DNA of 64,000 nt from positions 32,001 to 96,000 of the IMG/VR virus record IMGVR_UViG_3300045988_115074, one strand, 5' to 3'. Of this stretch, positions 45,555-53,936 are shown piece by piece; the stretch's first letter is position 1, and every line of letters starts with the position of its first letter. Source of the DNA: a virus. A program made the translations under genes and the position numbers. The notes beneath the pieces were generated by a model. That model ran no database searches, was not told where the DNA came from, and saw nothing but the letters and a program-made list of their open reading frames with translations.

Positions 45555-46105
45555 TTAAATCATTGAATATCAACATAGAAGCTGTGGTGATGTGTAAAAA
45601 CAGATTCGATAAAGAAACTTTGGATTTATACCGAAGAGTTTATACTACTTGCGTAGAGAAAGAAGATTTCTATATCTTTATTAACAGAAAACGCCATATC
45701 GAGCATGGCCTTTCGCGTATAATCGGAAAAGATATAATGTATTTATCTGAATTATTGTGCGAATATAATTTAGATTTTACACTACCTGCAATCCCTATAG
45801 ATGCTATACCAAAATATCGTTATCTAAATACAATATCTAAACTCTTGACCAAAGAGAATGTTCAGTTAAAATCAATACATGTTGATAAAGCGAGATGTTT
45901 ATCTTTCTTTGAAAACAATATTGAAGTGACTAATGATACGATTATGGAAGATATTAAATCATCTTTATATAATCACTACAAAGATAGTGAATCATCAATT
46001 CAGCCATTAATCATTATTGGTGAAGATATACCTGATGCTATCTTTAAAAACATAGGTGATATTATTACTTGTAGTCTCAATGGTCTTTTAGAAGTTCTTA
46101 AATAA
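45551..46105 (+). CDS. hypothetical protein, 184 aa (GTG start)
   Basis: RBS AAAGGAG 8 nt upstream of the GTG. Confidence 0.6.
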   Translation: MIKSLNINIEAVVMCKNRFDKETLDLYRRVYTTCVEKEDFYIFINRKRHIEHGLSRIIGKDIMYLSELLCEYNLDFTLPAIPIDAIPKYRYLNTISKLLTKENVQLKSIHVDKARCLSFFENNIEVTNDTIMEDIKSSLYNHYKDSESSIQPLIIIGEDIPDAIFKNIGDIITCSLNGLLEVLK

Positions 46106-46116
46106 AGGAAACTAAA

Positions 46117-46902
46117 ATGGAATGTTCTAACACAAAAGAATTTGTAATAGAAGATGGTGATTTCCTCATTCGTAATGGTGTTTTAACCAAAAAAGAATGG
46201 TGTGAAATTATTGCTGGTACTCTAAGTCTTTTGAGAAAAGAGATTGTGAATATTCGGGATACTGATATATTCACCCAGTCAGATGATGACTATCTTAAAT
46301 ATATAGCTTATAACAGTACTCCAAGTCTTTGTATATCTGATCCGATAAGTGCTATTACTCCTACCTTCATGGGAGATTATTTAAAAATCGAATACCTTTC
46401 TAAATTAAAAAGAGAATCGAGATTAAATATTAATAGTCCCTGTATTAGCATTACTACAGTTCATGATAAAACCAATGGTAAGTTAATCGGCGGTTGTCAT
46501 GTTAAGGTAAAAGAGTATGGTAAAACCATTGGTGAGGTTTATATCGACCTTATCACTGAACAAATTAGTGGTGATATCATTTTTAAATTAGGGGATATTA
46601 AAGACGACATTCTGTTAGAACATACTTCGTTAAAGAGTAAAAATACTGGAACATCGTCTATTGTATTATCTTCTATTGGTGTTAAGTATAATGGTAGTCT
46701 TAATAACCAAATAAGAGATACTGTTTACAATTACAGCACCGTAATCGTCAATAAATTAAACAAGTTACTTTCTGAAACTGAAAGAAACTATGCTGACTAT
46801 TTTATCGCAAATGACCCACTGAATGTCATGTTGAATGATATGGTTAATGGCCTAGGTTTATCGACGATGGTGATTGCTGGTAAAGACACTACGAACAAGT
46901 AG
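46117..46902 (+). CDS. hypothetical protein, 261 aa
   Basis: RBS TAAAGGAAACTAAAATG. Confidence 0.65.
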   Translation: MECSNTKEFVIEDGDFLIRNGVLTKKEWCEIIAGTLSLLRKEIVNIRDTDIFTQSDDDYLKYIAYNSTPSLCISDPISAITPTFMGDYLKIEYLSKLKRESRLNINSPCISITTVHDKTNGKLIGGCHVKVKEYGKTIGEVYIDLITEQISGDIIFKLGDIKDDILLEHTSLKSKNTGTSSIVLSSIGVKYNGSLNNQIRDTVYNYSTVIVNKLNKLLSETERNYADYFIANDPLNVMLNDMVNGLGLSTMVIAGKDTTNK

Positions 46903-46976
46903 TAATCTTATTTTATAACTTACGGTGCACCGCACCTAAGTCGCCTTTCAGGTAACTTATTTAAAGGAAATTAAAA

Positions 46977-47381
46977 ATGTGTAATCAATGTCAATGTAAT
47001 CACGAACACAATACTGTAGAATTGAATAATGACGGTATGGTTGTATCTACTATCTTTGGTACATTTACTGTACCTGATGAAGTAGTTAAAGAATCTTTAA
47101 TCGAAGACGAACGTGATGCTTTGAATATTATTCGTCGTATTCAACACTGGCGCTCTTCAGATGGTCAAATTGAAGGTGCGTATGGTCTCTATAAAGACCC
47201 ACGTTGTGATGAAACCCTGTACTTCGACATGGATAATGTGTGGATTATTGCTGAAGATGAGAATGGTGAAGAATACGAAGAGTATATCGATCTTGATGGT
47301 GACATCATCATTGCAGCATATCGTTACTTACATAACGAACCACATATGTCTTATCCTTGGTTAGAGAAGTATGTAGATTAA
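46977..47381 (+). CDS. hypothetical protein, 134 aa, acidic; N-terminal CNQCQC
   Basis: RBS TAAAGGAAATTAAAAATG; terminator 47391-47422. Confidence 0.65.
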   Translation: MCNQCQCNHEHNTVELNNDGMVVSTIFGTFTVPDEVVKESLIEDERDALNIIRRIQHWRSSDGQIEGAYGLYKDPRCDETLYFDMDNVWIIAEDENGEEYEEYIDLDGDIIIAAYRYLHNEPHMSYPWLEKYVD

Positions 47382-47390
47382 TATAAATAC

Positions 47391-47422
47391 TATAGAGAGT
47401 AGGATAACCCCTACTCTCTATA
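47391..47422 (+). terminator. hairpin terminator
   Basis: 13-bp stem TATAGAGAGTAGG/CCTACTCTCTATA, loop ATAACC. Confidence 0.65.
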
Positions 47423-47442
47423 ATTATAAAAAGGAAGTCAAA

Positions 47443-47811
47443 ATGAAATATCGTGGTTTTGCAAATAATGTTATAAAATACATTAATAAGTATTTTTGTA
47501 AATACAAATCTAAAACCAAATTTAGTAAAATAGAATATTGTACATTCAAACGAAGAATTTATACAGAATGGTACTTCGACGAAGATATCTCATTTGAAGA
47601 TATTTACAAAAGAGAATTTATCAATGACTGGGTAAACCGTTCTCGTCTTAATCTTACCCACATGGGTTATGCCTTAAATGGTAAACAAACATCAGGTGAA
47701 AAGCTCTTTACTGGGTTTAAACCTAATCATGCGATTGTTATTGGTGCAGTACGTAATAACAACCAATCAACCATTAAGCAATTACCTATCCCTTATAAAG
47801 GAGGTCAGTAA
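47443..47811 (+). CDS. hypothetical basic protein, 122 aa
   Basis: RBS AAAAGGAAGTCAAAATG. Confidence 0.6.
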   Translation: MKYRGFANNVIKYINKYFCKYKSKTKFSKIEYCTFKRRIYTEWYFDEDISFEDIYKREFINDWVNRSRLNLTHMGYALNGKQTSGEKLFTGFKPNHAIVIGAVRNNNQSTIKQLPIPYKGGQ

Positions 47812-48027
47812 ATGAAGTATACGTTTATATACAAACCTGTATTAAATGTTATTCTAAAACATTTATACCGTTATAAACATATCAATAAGTTTACAAGAAA
47901 TAGTTTAGATAAACTAAAACAAGATAATGTTGATAAGATATACCATGCCTGTCCTAAACTTATACGTAATTCTTGTAATGCTAAAGGCCCATTCTTTTTA
48001 CAAATCTTAAAAGGTAAAAGTGTTTGA
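47812..48027 (+). CDS. hypothetical basic protein, 71 aa (N-terminus resembles 47443)
   Basis: RBS AAAGGAGG; ATG directly follows the TAA of the previous gene in the same frame. Confidence 0.5.
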   Translation: MKYTFIYKPVLNVILKHLYRYKHINKFTRNSLDKLKQDNVDKIYHACPKLIRNSCNAKGPFFLQILKGKSV

Positions 48028-48107
48028 ACTACAGGGTAGTCCAGACGACTTAGATGTAGAACACCCAAGTTGTTTGAATTATTTCTATATTCTAAAATAT
48101 TTCAAAT

Positions 48108-48124
48108 ACATACTATTTAAGTGA
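48108..48124 (+). promoter_or_regulatory. phage promoter motif copy driving the ncRNA candidate
   Basis: ACATACTATTTAAGTGA, then GAAAGA/TCTTTC hairpin 48124-48143. Confidence 0.6.
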
Positions 48125-48369
48125 AAGAGTGGAATTATCTTTCAATCTTTCTTCATATCATTTTTCTCCTAAACGTTCTATATTGCGGAACGCTAAATAA
48201 AGCAATACACACCCTGGTGCAGGTGTGCCCCGAAAAATGCACTATCTTTAATTCAGAGTGAATGAGGTGTTTCCTCTTCCCTTTCCACCTTAGTTGCTCT
48301 GGGTTGAAAGTTACATAGTAAACTCCCTTTGAGATACTCACCCCGACAAAGGGTGAGTATCTTTTTTTT
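48125..48369 (+). ncRNA. candidate ~245-nt structured non-coding RNA (promoter-to-terminator unit without an ORF)
   Basis: Promoter motif 48108-48124. No plus-strand ORF longer than ~18 codons. Stems at 48124-48143, 48181-48207, 48208-48227, 48265-48290 (16-nt all-pyrimidine loop) and 48301-48327. Terminator 48333-48369. Confidence 0.45.
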
Positions 48370-48432
48370 ACCATATGAATTATTTTTTTGATTATCTAGA
48401 TATTCTTCAATATCTGCTAGATGCTTATCCAT
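48253..48432 (-). CDS. 59-codon ORF antisense to the ncRNA candidate (below ORF-track cutoff)
   Basis: Canonical RBS TTTAAAGGAAATTATAAAATG; MDKHLADIEEYLDNQKNNSYGKKKILTLCRGEYLKGSLLCNFQPRATKVEREEETPHSL. The 3' half uses CGG/GGG/AGG/CCC, which I did not notice in the genes I read closely here. Confidence 0.3.
   Translation of the reverse strand: MDKHLADIEEYLDNQKNNSYGKKKILTLCRGEYLKGSLLCNFQPRATKVEREEETPHSL
48333..48369 (+). terminator. intrinsic terminator ending the ncRNA candidate
   Basis: 11-bp stem GATACTCACCC/GGGTGAGTATC, loop CGACAAA, then T8. Confidence 0.85.
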
Positions 48433-48485
48433 TTTATAATTTCCTTTAAACGTATGACTACTAATTATATAGTAAAGGACATACT

Positions 48486-50150
48486 ATGTTATTACAATTA
48501 CCCATCAGGAATGAAAAAGCCAGTATTACTCGACCAATCGTACTAAAGGTGGTACGAGACTTAAAAGAATACTTAGATATCTTTCCTGATAATATTAATA
48601 TTATTTACATTGACGAAGAAGGTGTACGTAAAGAGAATGGTACTGCTACACATGAATTAGGTAAAGAAGGAATCAATACGACCTCTAATCCTTTAATTAC
48701 TTTATCGGTTACTGAGGAGTATCGTAATAATACTTTCTTACAATACCAACATTACGACCAAGAATTCCATCCTTGTTTTTTACATGATAAAACTCAAACA
48801 TCTATTACACCTTATTATTCAGATGTAGAAATGCGTTTGAATATTTCATACAGAGCACCTTCTAAGGCTGCTGCTAGAATGTGGTTAAATAGTATCAAAT
48901 CAAAGATTAGAAGATACAGAGACGCATACCCACATAACTTAGAATACTCATACGAGATACCTGAGCAATTCATTTACGCTTTAACTGAAGTCTATCGTTT
49001 GATTCACAATCAAGATAAAACCATTGGTAATGTAGCTGATTGGTTTCAGCAATACTTTATTAGAAGATTCGGTACAGCTTCTGATTCAGCAGGTATCAAT
49101 ACTATCTTTGTAGTATCTGAAATCCAACAACAAGTATTTGGTTACTTTAATTTCGATGGCATGATTGAAGAAGGTGATAAGGCAGATGGTGCTACTTCTT
49201 GGGTAGTTTCTTTTGATTATCTATTACGTTATCAAAAACCTACTGATATTTCTATTTGGGTACCTCGTACCATTTACAATCAAGTATTACCTGATTCCAT
49301 TATGGGTGTAGATGATGAAGGTGAGGTAGAGACTACTAAACCAGATGAAGTGAAGTTTCCTGAAAATCAAACTTATTATACCAATTCAGGTTATTTCTTA
49401 GACCAGTATTCTTCTATTCGAGATAATGCCGAATGGGGTTATTATAATGGTATTGCTGTACCTAGGTGGAATGAATTCCAACCATTACAATCACATTCAA
49501 TTGTTGGGTTAGAGAGATTTGTAGACCAATTAGTATTATTCTTACCTGAAGATAAAGAAGGTGATTTAATCTTAGATTTAAATAACCCACAAGGTTACGA
49601 TATTGATGAAGATTTAAAAGCTTTCATTGTTTCTGAAAAAGACTACATGTTACACAAAGGAAAGTCTGTATTCCAGTTATGCGTATACGAAAATAACGCT
49701 ATGTTAAGAAGAGACTTTATTAAGATTGATGAAACAGGTAAAGTATATCTAAATGGTGAGATTGATATTGCTAAGATTTACAATATTCGTTTAGGTATTT
49801 ACCATGATTGGAAATACTTAGATACAGACGCTATTGAAAGATTGAAGAAATGGTGTCGTGAAAAAGGTAAATGTCACTTCTTTACCTTTAAAGATAGATA
49901 TGCTTATAACGAATGTCAATTGGGTATTCGTCGTCATCCTGATGATAGATTCTTTAAAGAAGTAGAGTGTGTTAATGATAAGTATTCTGAACTTTACTTT
50001 AAAATCATTGAATACATTGCAGGTAATAGAATGCCTGACATGGTTAAGAATAACCGAAATTGGGGTAAAGACCACCCATCTATTCTTAATACACACAAAA
50101 CTGTACAAACATTCAATACAACCAATATTAGCCATCCTAAGGAGAGGTAA
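48486..50150 (+). CDS. hypothetical protein, 554 aa (first of a tightly packed 4-gene module)
   Basis: RBS TAAAGGACATACTATG; no motif recognised. Confidence 0.75.
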   Translation: MLLQLPIRNEKASITRPIVLKVVRDLKEYLDIFPDNINIIYIDEEGVRKENGTATHELGKEGINTTSNPLITLSVTEEYRNNTFLQYQHYDQEFHPCFLHDKTQTSITPYYSDVEMRLNISYRAPSKAAARMWLNSIKSKIRRYRDAYPHNLEYSYEIPEQFIYALTEVYRLIHNQDKTIGNVADWFQQYFIRRFGTASDSAGINTIFVVSEIQQQVFGYFNFDGMIEEGDKADGATSWVVSFDYLLRYQKPTDISIWVPRTIYNQVLPDSIMGVDDEGEVETTKPDEVKFPENQTYYTNSGYFLDQYSSIRDNAEWGYYNGIAVPRWNEFQPLQSHSIVGLERFVDQLVLFLPEDKEGDLILDLNNPQGYDIDEDLKAFIVSEKDYMLHKGKSVFQLCVYENNAMLRRDFIKIDETGKVYLNGEIDIAKIYNIRLGIYHDWKYLDTDAIERLKKWCREKGKCHFFTFKDRYAYNECQLGIRRHPDDRFFKEVECVNDKYSELYFKIIEYIAGNRMPDMVKNNRNWGKDHPSILNTHKTVQTFNTTNISHPKER

Positions 50151-51506
50151 ATGCCTACTTTAATTACAGATAAATATAAACCAGAACAGGCAAAACCCGT
50201 ACATGAGTTTATTGAAAAACCAAAGATTGTTCCTACTGACTTTAAAACAGCAGTAGTCGATAATAGAGTCAATCGATTAGATACCTTAATCCGTTATGTA
50301 GAGGGTTCTCACCAAAAGGTTATTTATTTTAGACAAAGATTAGGTCGAGACGATTCAGTATCACAGTATTCTCAAGATACTTCTGCTGCTCATCAACAAT
50401 ACGAAAGAATTGATGGATTAGAAATTGTGATGCAATCTGGTTTGTCTACTTCCAATAATGGTAGTGATATTAGAACAACTGAGATTACAGGTGAAGCACT
50501 CATTGAACAGCCTATTATTCCCAATGTAGGGGATATTATGTTAATGGATTTTGGTAGAGGTACATTAGGTTGGTTTGGTATTAATAGTACCCGACGTATG
50601 ACTCATCGTACTAATACTTTATACGAAATTCAGTTCTCTTTGTCATTTGAGATTACTGACCAATTAAATGACCCAAGAATGCTTGACTTAAATAAGAAAA
50701 CTGTAGAGGTATTCAAGTATTCTAAAGACTATTTAAAAGCAGGTCAGAATCCTTTAATCTCTCCTAAGAAAGCAGCTTTATTTGAAGAGCTATTAGAAGA
50801 GTACGATAGATTAAGAGTATTGTGGTTTCGTAAGTTCTATTCCCGTATGCTAGAGACTTGTGTATTACCGAATCAATCACATATCACTTACGATGGTTTT
50901 TACATGAAAGCTATTCGTAAATGGTTTAGTGTGTGTAATACACCAGAGATGATGTATTTTAAAATCTTTGATGATTCTCAATTCTCTATTTTAAAGAATC
51001 CTAGTATTTGGGATGTTATCCATACTCGTGATAAATACTTACTGAAAGAAGTATTCACTAGAGCAGTCGCTGTACCATCTAGTTCTTTTAGTAATATCCC
51101 ACAGTTTGCTATGATTCGTTTTTCAGGCTTTGGTTGTGTGGTTATGCCTGTAGAGGTAAGTTATACCAATGAACTCTATTTAAACCATAAAGACATTATT
51201 GGTAAAGCTATTGTCATTAACAATGATGTTTCTAAAACTAGAATGCATACTTACCAAGGTATTCCTTTAATCAATCAAGTACTGATGAACGATTCTTACG
51301 TATTTTCTCGTGACTTCTATAAAGATTCTTTAGAAGGACAATCTCACTTAGAATTACAACTAAGAAAATATCTTAATGACGATACATTAGATATTGAGAC
51401 TATTGAAGCATTGGTAAAAGACGTAGAAAATTGGGGTGAAATGGAACAATACTATTTTATTCCTACTCTGATGATTTTAATTCACTATGGTGTAAGGAGA
51501 ATGTAA
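50151..51506 (+). CDS. hypothetical protein, 451 aa
   Basis: ATG abuts the previous TAA; RBS AAGGAGAGG. Confidence 0.75.
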   Translation: MPTLITDKYKPEQAKPVHEFIEKPKIVPTDFKTAVVDNRVNRLDTLIRYVEGSHQKVIYFRQRLGRDDSVSQYSQDTSAAHQQYERIDGLEIVMQSGLSTSNNGSDIRTTEITGEALIEQPIIPNVGDIMLMDFGRGTLGWFGINSTRRMTHRTNTLYEIQFSLSFEITDQLNDPRMLDLNKKTVEVFKYSKDYLKAGQNPLISPKKAALFEELLEEYDRLRVLWFRKFYSRMLETCVLPNQSHITYDGFYMKAIRKWFSVCNTPEMMYFKIFDDSQFSILKNPSIWDVIHTRDKYLLKEVFTRAVAVPSSSFSNIPQFAMIRFSGFGCVVMPVEVSYTNELYLNHKDIIGKAIVINNDVSKTRMHTYQGIPLINQVLMNDSYVFSRDFYKDSLEGQSHLELQLRKYLNDDTLDIETIEALVKDVENWGEMEQYYFIPTLMILIHYGVRRM

Positions 51507-52124
51507 GTGGAAGAAAAAAGAAGATATCTTACTCGTGATGAAATGAATTCCTCTGTTTATCGTTTATTCAATACACCATTTGTTGTACGAGTAGCTTATA
51601 TTGATTTAATTGACATTGGTGAAATCCAACGTTATGGGATGATTACATCAGGTGATGAACATGATGATAGATGTAATGCTCACGAGAAAGTTACTGTAGC
51701 TTTGAAGATTCCTAAACTATTAGAATTATTTAGAAAACAAATTCCATTTTACTTAGTCGATTCTAGTCAAGAACATTTGATGTACACGATTATTCATGAA
51801 CACTTAATTGAGTGGCGAGAATATGTAGAAGAGTGTAGAGGGATTAACCATTTACTAGGTAAAGTCCCCTTTAAGGATTTAAGGGATTTATCTGAAATGG
51901 CTACAGTGATTTATAAAGTACGTGACCGTAATAATGATAGAGACATTACTGAAACCATTAATGCGATTAATCAATCCTTTAGTGTTAGTGGTGTGTATAC
52001 AGGTTACGATTTGTTCACTCGTGAGAAAGAGAAAACCGAGCTTATCGAAGAGATGAGAAACCAACAAGAGATGGCACCTCATTTAGTAGAGATGGGTAAA
52101 ATTTCAGAAAAGGTTAGAGGTTAA
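51507..52124 (+). CDS. hypothetical protein, 205 aa (GTG start)
   Basis: GTG abuts the previous TAA; RBS AAGGAG 8 nt upstream. Confidence 0.7.
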   Translation: MEEKRRYLTRDEMNSSVYRLFNTPFVVRVAYIDLIDIGEIQRYGMITSGDEHDDRCNAHEKVTVALKIPKLLELFRKQIPFYLVDSSQEHLMYTIIHEHLIEWREYVEECRGINHLLGKVPFKDLRDLSEMATVIYKVRDRNNDRDITETINAINQSFSVSGVYTGYDLFTREKEKTELIEEMRNQQEMAPHLVEMGKISEKVRG

Positions 52125-52126
52125 GT

Positions 52127-53467
52127 ATGTTTGATAACATGACCAATCCAGCTAATGGTGAAATTATCAAAATAGCAAAAGGTAATTCACCTGCTTCTTA
52201 CGATTATACACAGGCTTATATACATGTTATTAAAAAGAATGTGACTTATCGTACTTTAAAAGTCTTGTCTTTAGATATTTCAAGAGACTATGATAAAAAC
52301 ATAGCAGATGAAATCACGATTGAAGTAATGTTATCTCCTGGTATTTGGGCAGACATGATTTATCCTTATATTGACGATATTGAAATTACCGTACAAAAAT
52401 CACCCAGTGCGATTAGTACGTATCAAACTATTCAACGGTATAAAGGATACTGTAAGAATCCAATCAATGTTCGTAAGGTAATGGCTATTGCTCAAAATGC
52501 TTCCACTGAAGACTTGAATAAAATGGACGTGATTAAGATAGACTTTCAATTAGTGCCTATCTTAGTAGAAAAATTATTGACTATTCAAGCAGGGACTAAT
52601 TTTGTAGATTGTCGTGTAGATGAAGCATTGGTGACTATGCTGATGAATGAAGGTTCTAAGATTGAAGGTTTAGACAATCAAGATACATTACAAGGTATTG
52701 ATATTGTCGAACCTGATAACCAAGATACTTATCGTAATATTCCTGTACCACATACTACCCGTTTAATTAATCTACCTAATTACTTACAAAAGTTTTCTTA
52801 TGGTATTTATAAAAAAGGATTAAGTCATTATATCCAAAATGGTATGTGGTATATCTATCCTAAGTTTGGTTTAGATAGAAGAGATAATAAAATACGATAT
52901 GTGAATATCTTTGTTACTTCTCGTGATTTATTACAACATACACCTGTTACTTATCGAATAGAAGGTAATGACCTTTATATTATCGGTACAATAGAAAATG
53001 AATCAGTAGATAATAATTCAGCTAAGTTATTGAATCATGGTAATGGTTTAAGAACTGTTAATCTTAATGTACAAGATACAGACGATGCTGTAAAAGTAGA
53101 TGGTAATAAAGCACTAGTATCTCGTGGTCAATCTGTTAATGAGTTTATCATTAACGAATCACCCAATAACGTAACATACGCGCCATTGGCACAGGCTAAA
53201 ATCAATACCAATGTGTACGAACAAGTCTCTACTCTAGAAGGTAAAGTAGGTAAACTCTATTCTGTGGTTTGGAATAACTCTAATCCAGATTTAGTTAAAC
53301 CTGGTTCTATTATGCGTATCCATTATACAGGTGAGAAGAATGAGCAATTAATGCTTGAAGGAGTGTTACTAAAAGCACACCATTATACACAAGCTACTGG
53401 TCAAGGTATGACTTCTACTGCTTACGAAACCACTACTGGTTTGTTTATCTTTTGTAAAGAATATTAA
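52127..53467 (+). CDS. hypothetical protein, 446 aa
   Basis: 2-nt gap after the previous gene; terminator 53474-53507. Confidence 0.75.
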   Translation: MFDNMTNPANGEIIKIAKGNSPASYDYTQAYIHVIKKNVTYRTLKVLSLDISRDYDKNIADEITIEVMLSPGIWADMIYPYIDDIEITVQKSPSAISTYQTIQRYKGYCKNPINVRKVMAIAQNASTEDLNKMDVIKIDFQLVPILVEKLLTIQAGTNFVDCRVDEALVTMLMNEGSKIEGLDNQDTLQGIDIVEPDNQDTYRNIPVPHTTRLINLPNYLQKFSYGIYKKGLSHYIQNGMWYIYPKFGLDRRDNKIRYVNIFVTSRDLLQHTPVTYRIEGNDLYIIGTIENESVDNNSAKLLNHGNGLRTVNLNVQDTDDAVKVDGNKALVSRGQSVNEFIINESPNNVTYAPLAQAKINTNVYEQVSTLEGKVGKLYSVVWNNSNPDLVKPGSIMRIHYTGEKNEQLMLEGVLLKAHHYTQATGQGMTSTAYETTTGLFIFCKEY

Positions 53468-53473
53468 TAGCGA

Positions 53474-53507
53474 ATACAGGTACCCTAAATGAATAGGGTA
53501 CCTGTAT
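53474..53507 (+). terminator. hairpin terminator
   Basis: 13-bp stem ATACAGGTACCCT/AGGGTACCTGTAT, loop AAATGAAT. Confidence 0.65.
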
Positions 53508-53524
53508 ATTTAATTTATTTTAAA

Positions 53525-53542
53525 CCTATATTATTTAATTGA
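53525..53542 (+). promoter_or_regulatory. phage promoter motif copy
   Basis: CCTATATTATTTAATTGA; upstream of gene 53593. Confidence 0.5.
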
Positions 53543-53592
53543 TGAGATATTCCTTTGATATATATCTTATCTATTCCATGAAAGGATATAAA

Positions 53593-53886
53593 ATGGATGT
53601 AAATACTGATTTAAATATTGGTGATAGACCAATGTTAACGAGACAACATTCTAAAAGTAGGTTAGGTAAACTTTCATTTTACTTTGATGAAATTAATAAA
53701 CCTATTGAAGAGAATGATAGAATTGAAAAACTGGATATAAAAGCACAAGCAATTGTAGACAGTGAAGACGATAGTCGTCAGGAATTTATTGACAAGGAGG
53801 TTACTAAAATGCTCCTTGGTGATAAAAATGCACTCTATGTTATTAGACGTGTGAAACAACTTCTTAATCAGCAAGAAGCTCAATAG
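53593..53886 (+). CDS. hypothetical early protein, 97 aa (start moved from 53539)
   Basis: ATG 53593 follows GAAAGGATATAAA. The track start lies inside promoter motif 53525-53542. Confidence 0.55.
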   Translation: MDVNTDLNIGDRPMLTRQHSKSRLGKLSFYFDEINKPIEENDRIEKLDIKAQAIVDSEDDSRQEFIDKEVTKMLLGDKNALYVIRRVKQLLNQQEAQ

Positions 53887-53936
53887 CTGAAAGCTCAACA
53901 GGAAGCCAATTAAACTCTTAAATAAAGGAAACCAAA

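Noticed and set aside
46926-46950. GC-rich hairpin ACTTA(c)GGTGC-acc-GCACCTAAGT upstream of gene 46977, considered as a tRNA fragment or terminator
   Set aside because: It is too short for a tRNA, has no cloverleaf arms and no U tract. It is kept only as a possible 5' UTR structure.
53884-53913. Possible amber read-through after gene 53593-53886 (QQEAQ-TAG-LKAQQEAN-TAA, with an echo of the QQEA motif)
   Set aside because: The extension is only 8 codons, with no stimulatory structure or context that I can see. The echo may be chance or a decayed duplication.
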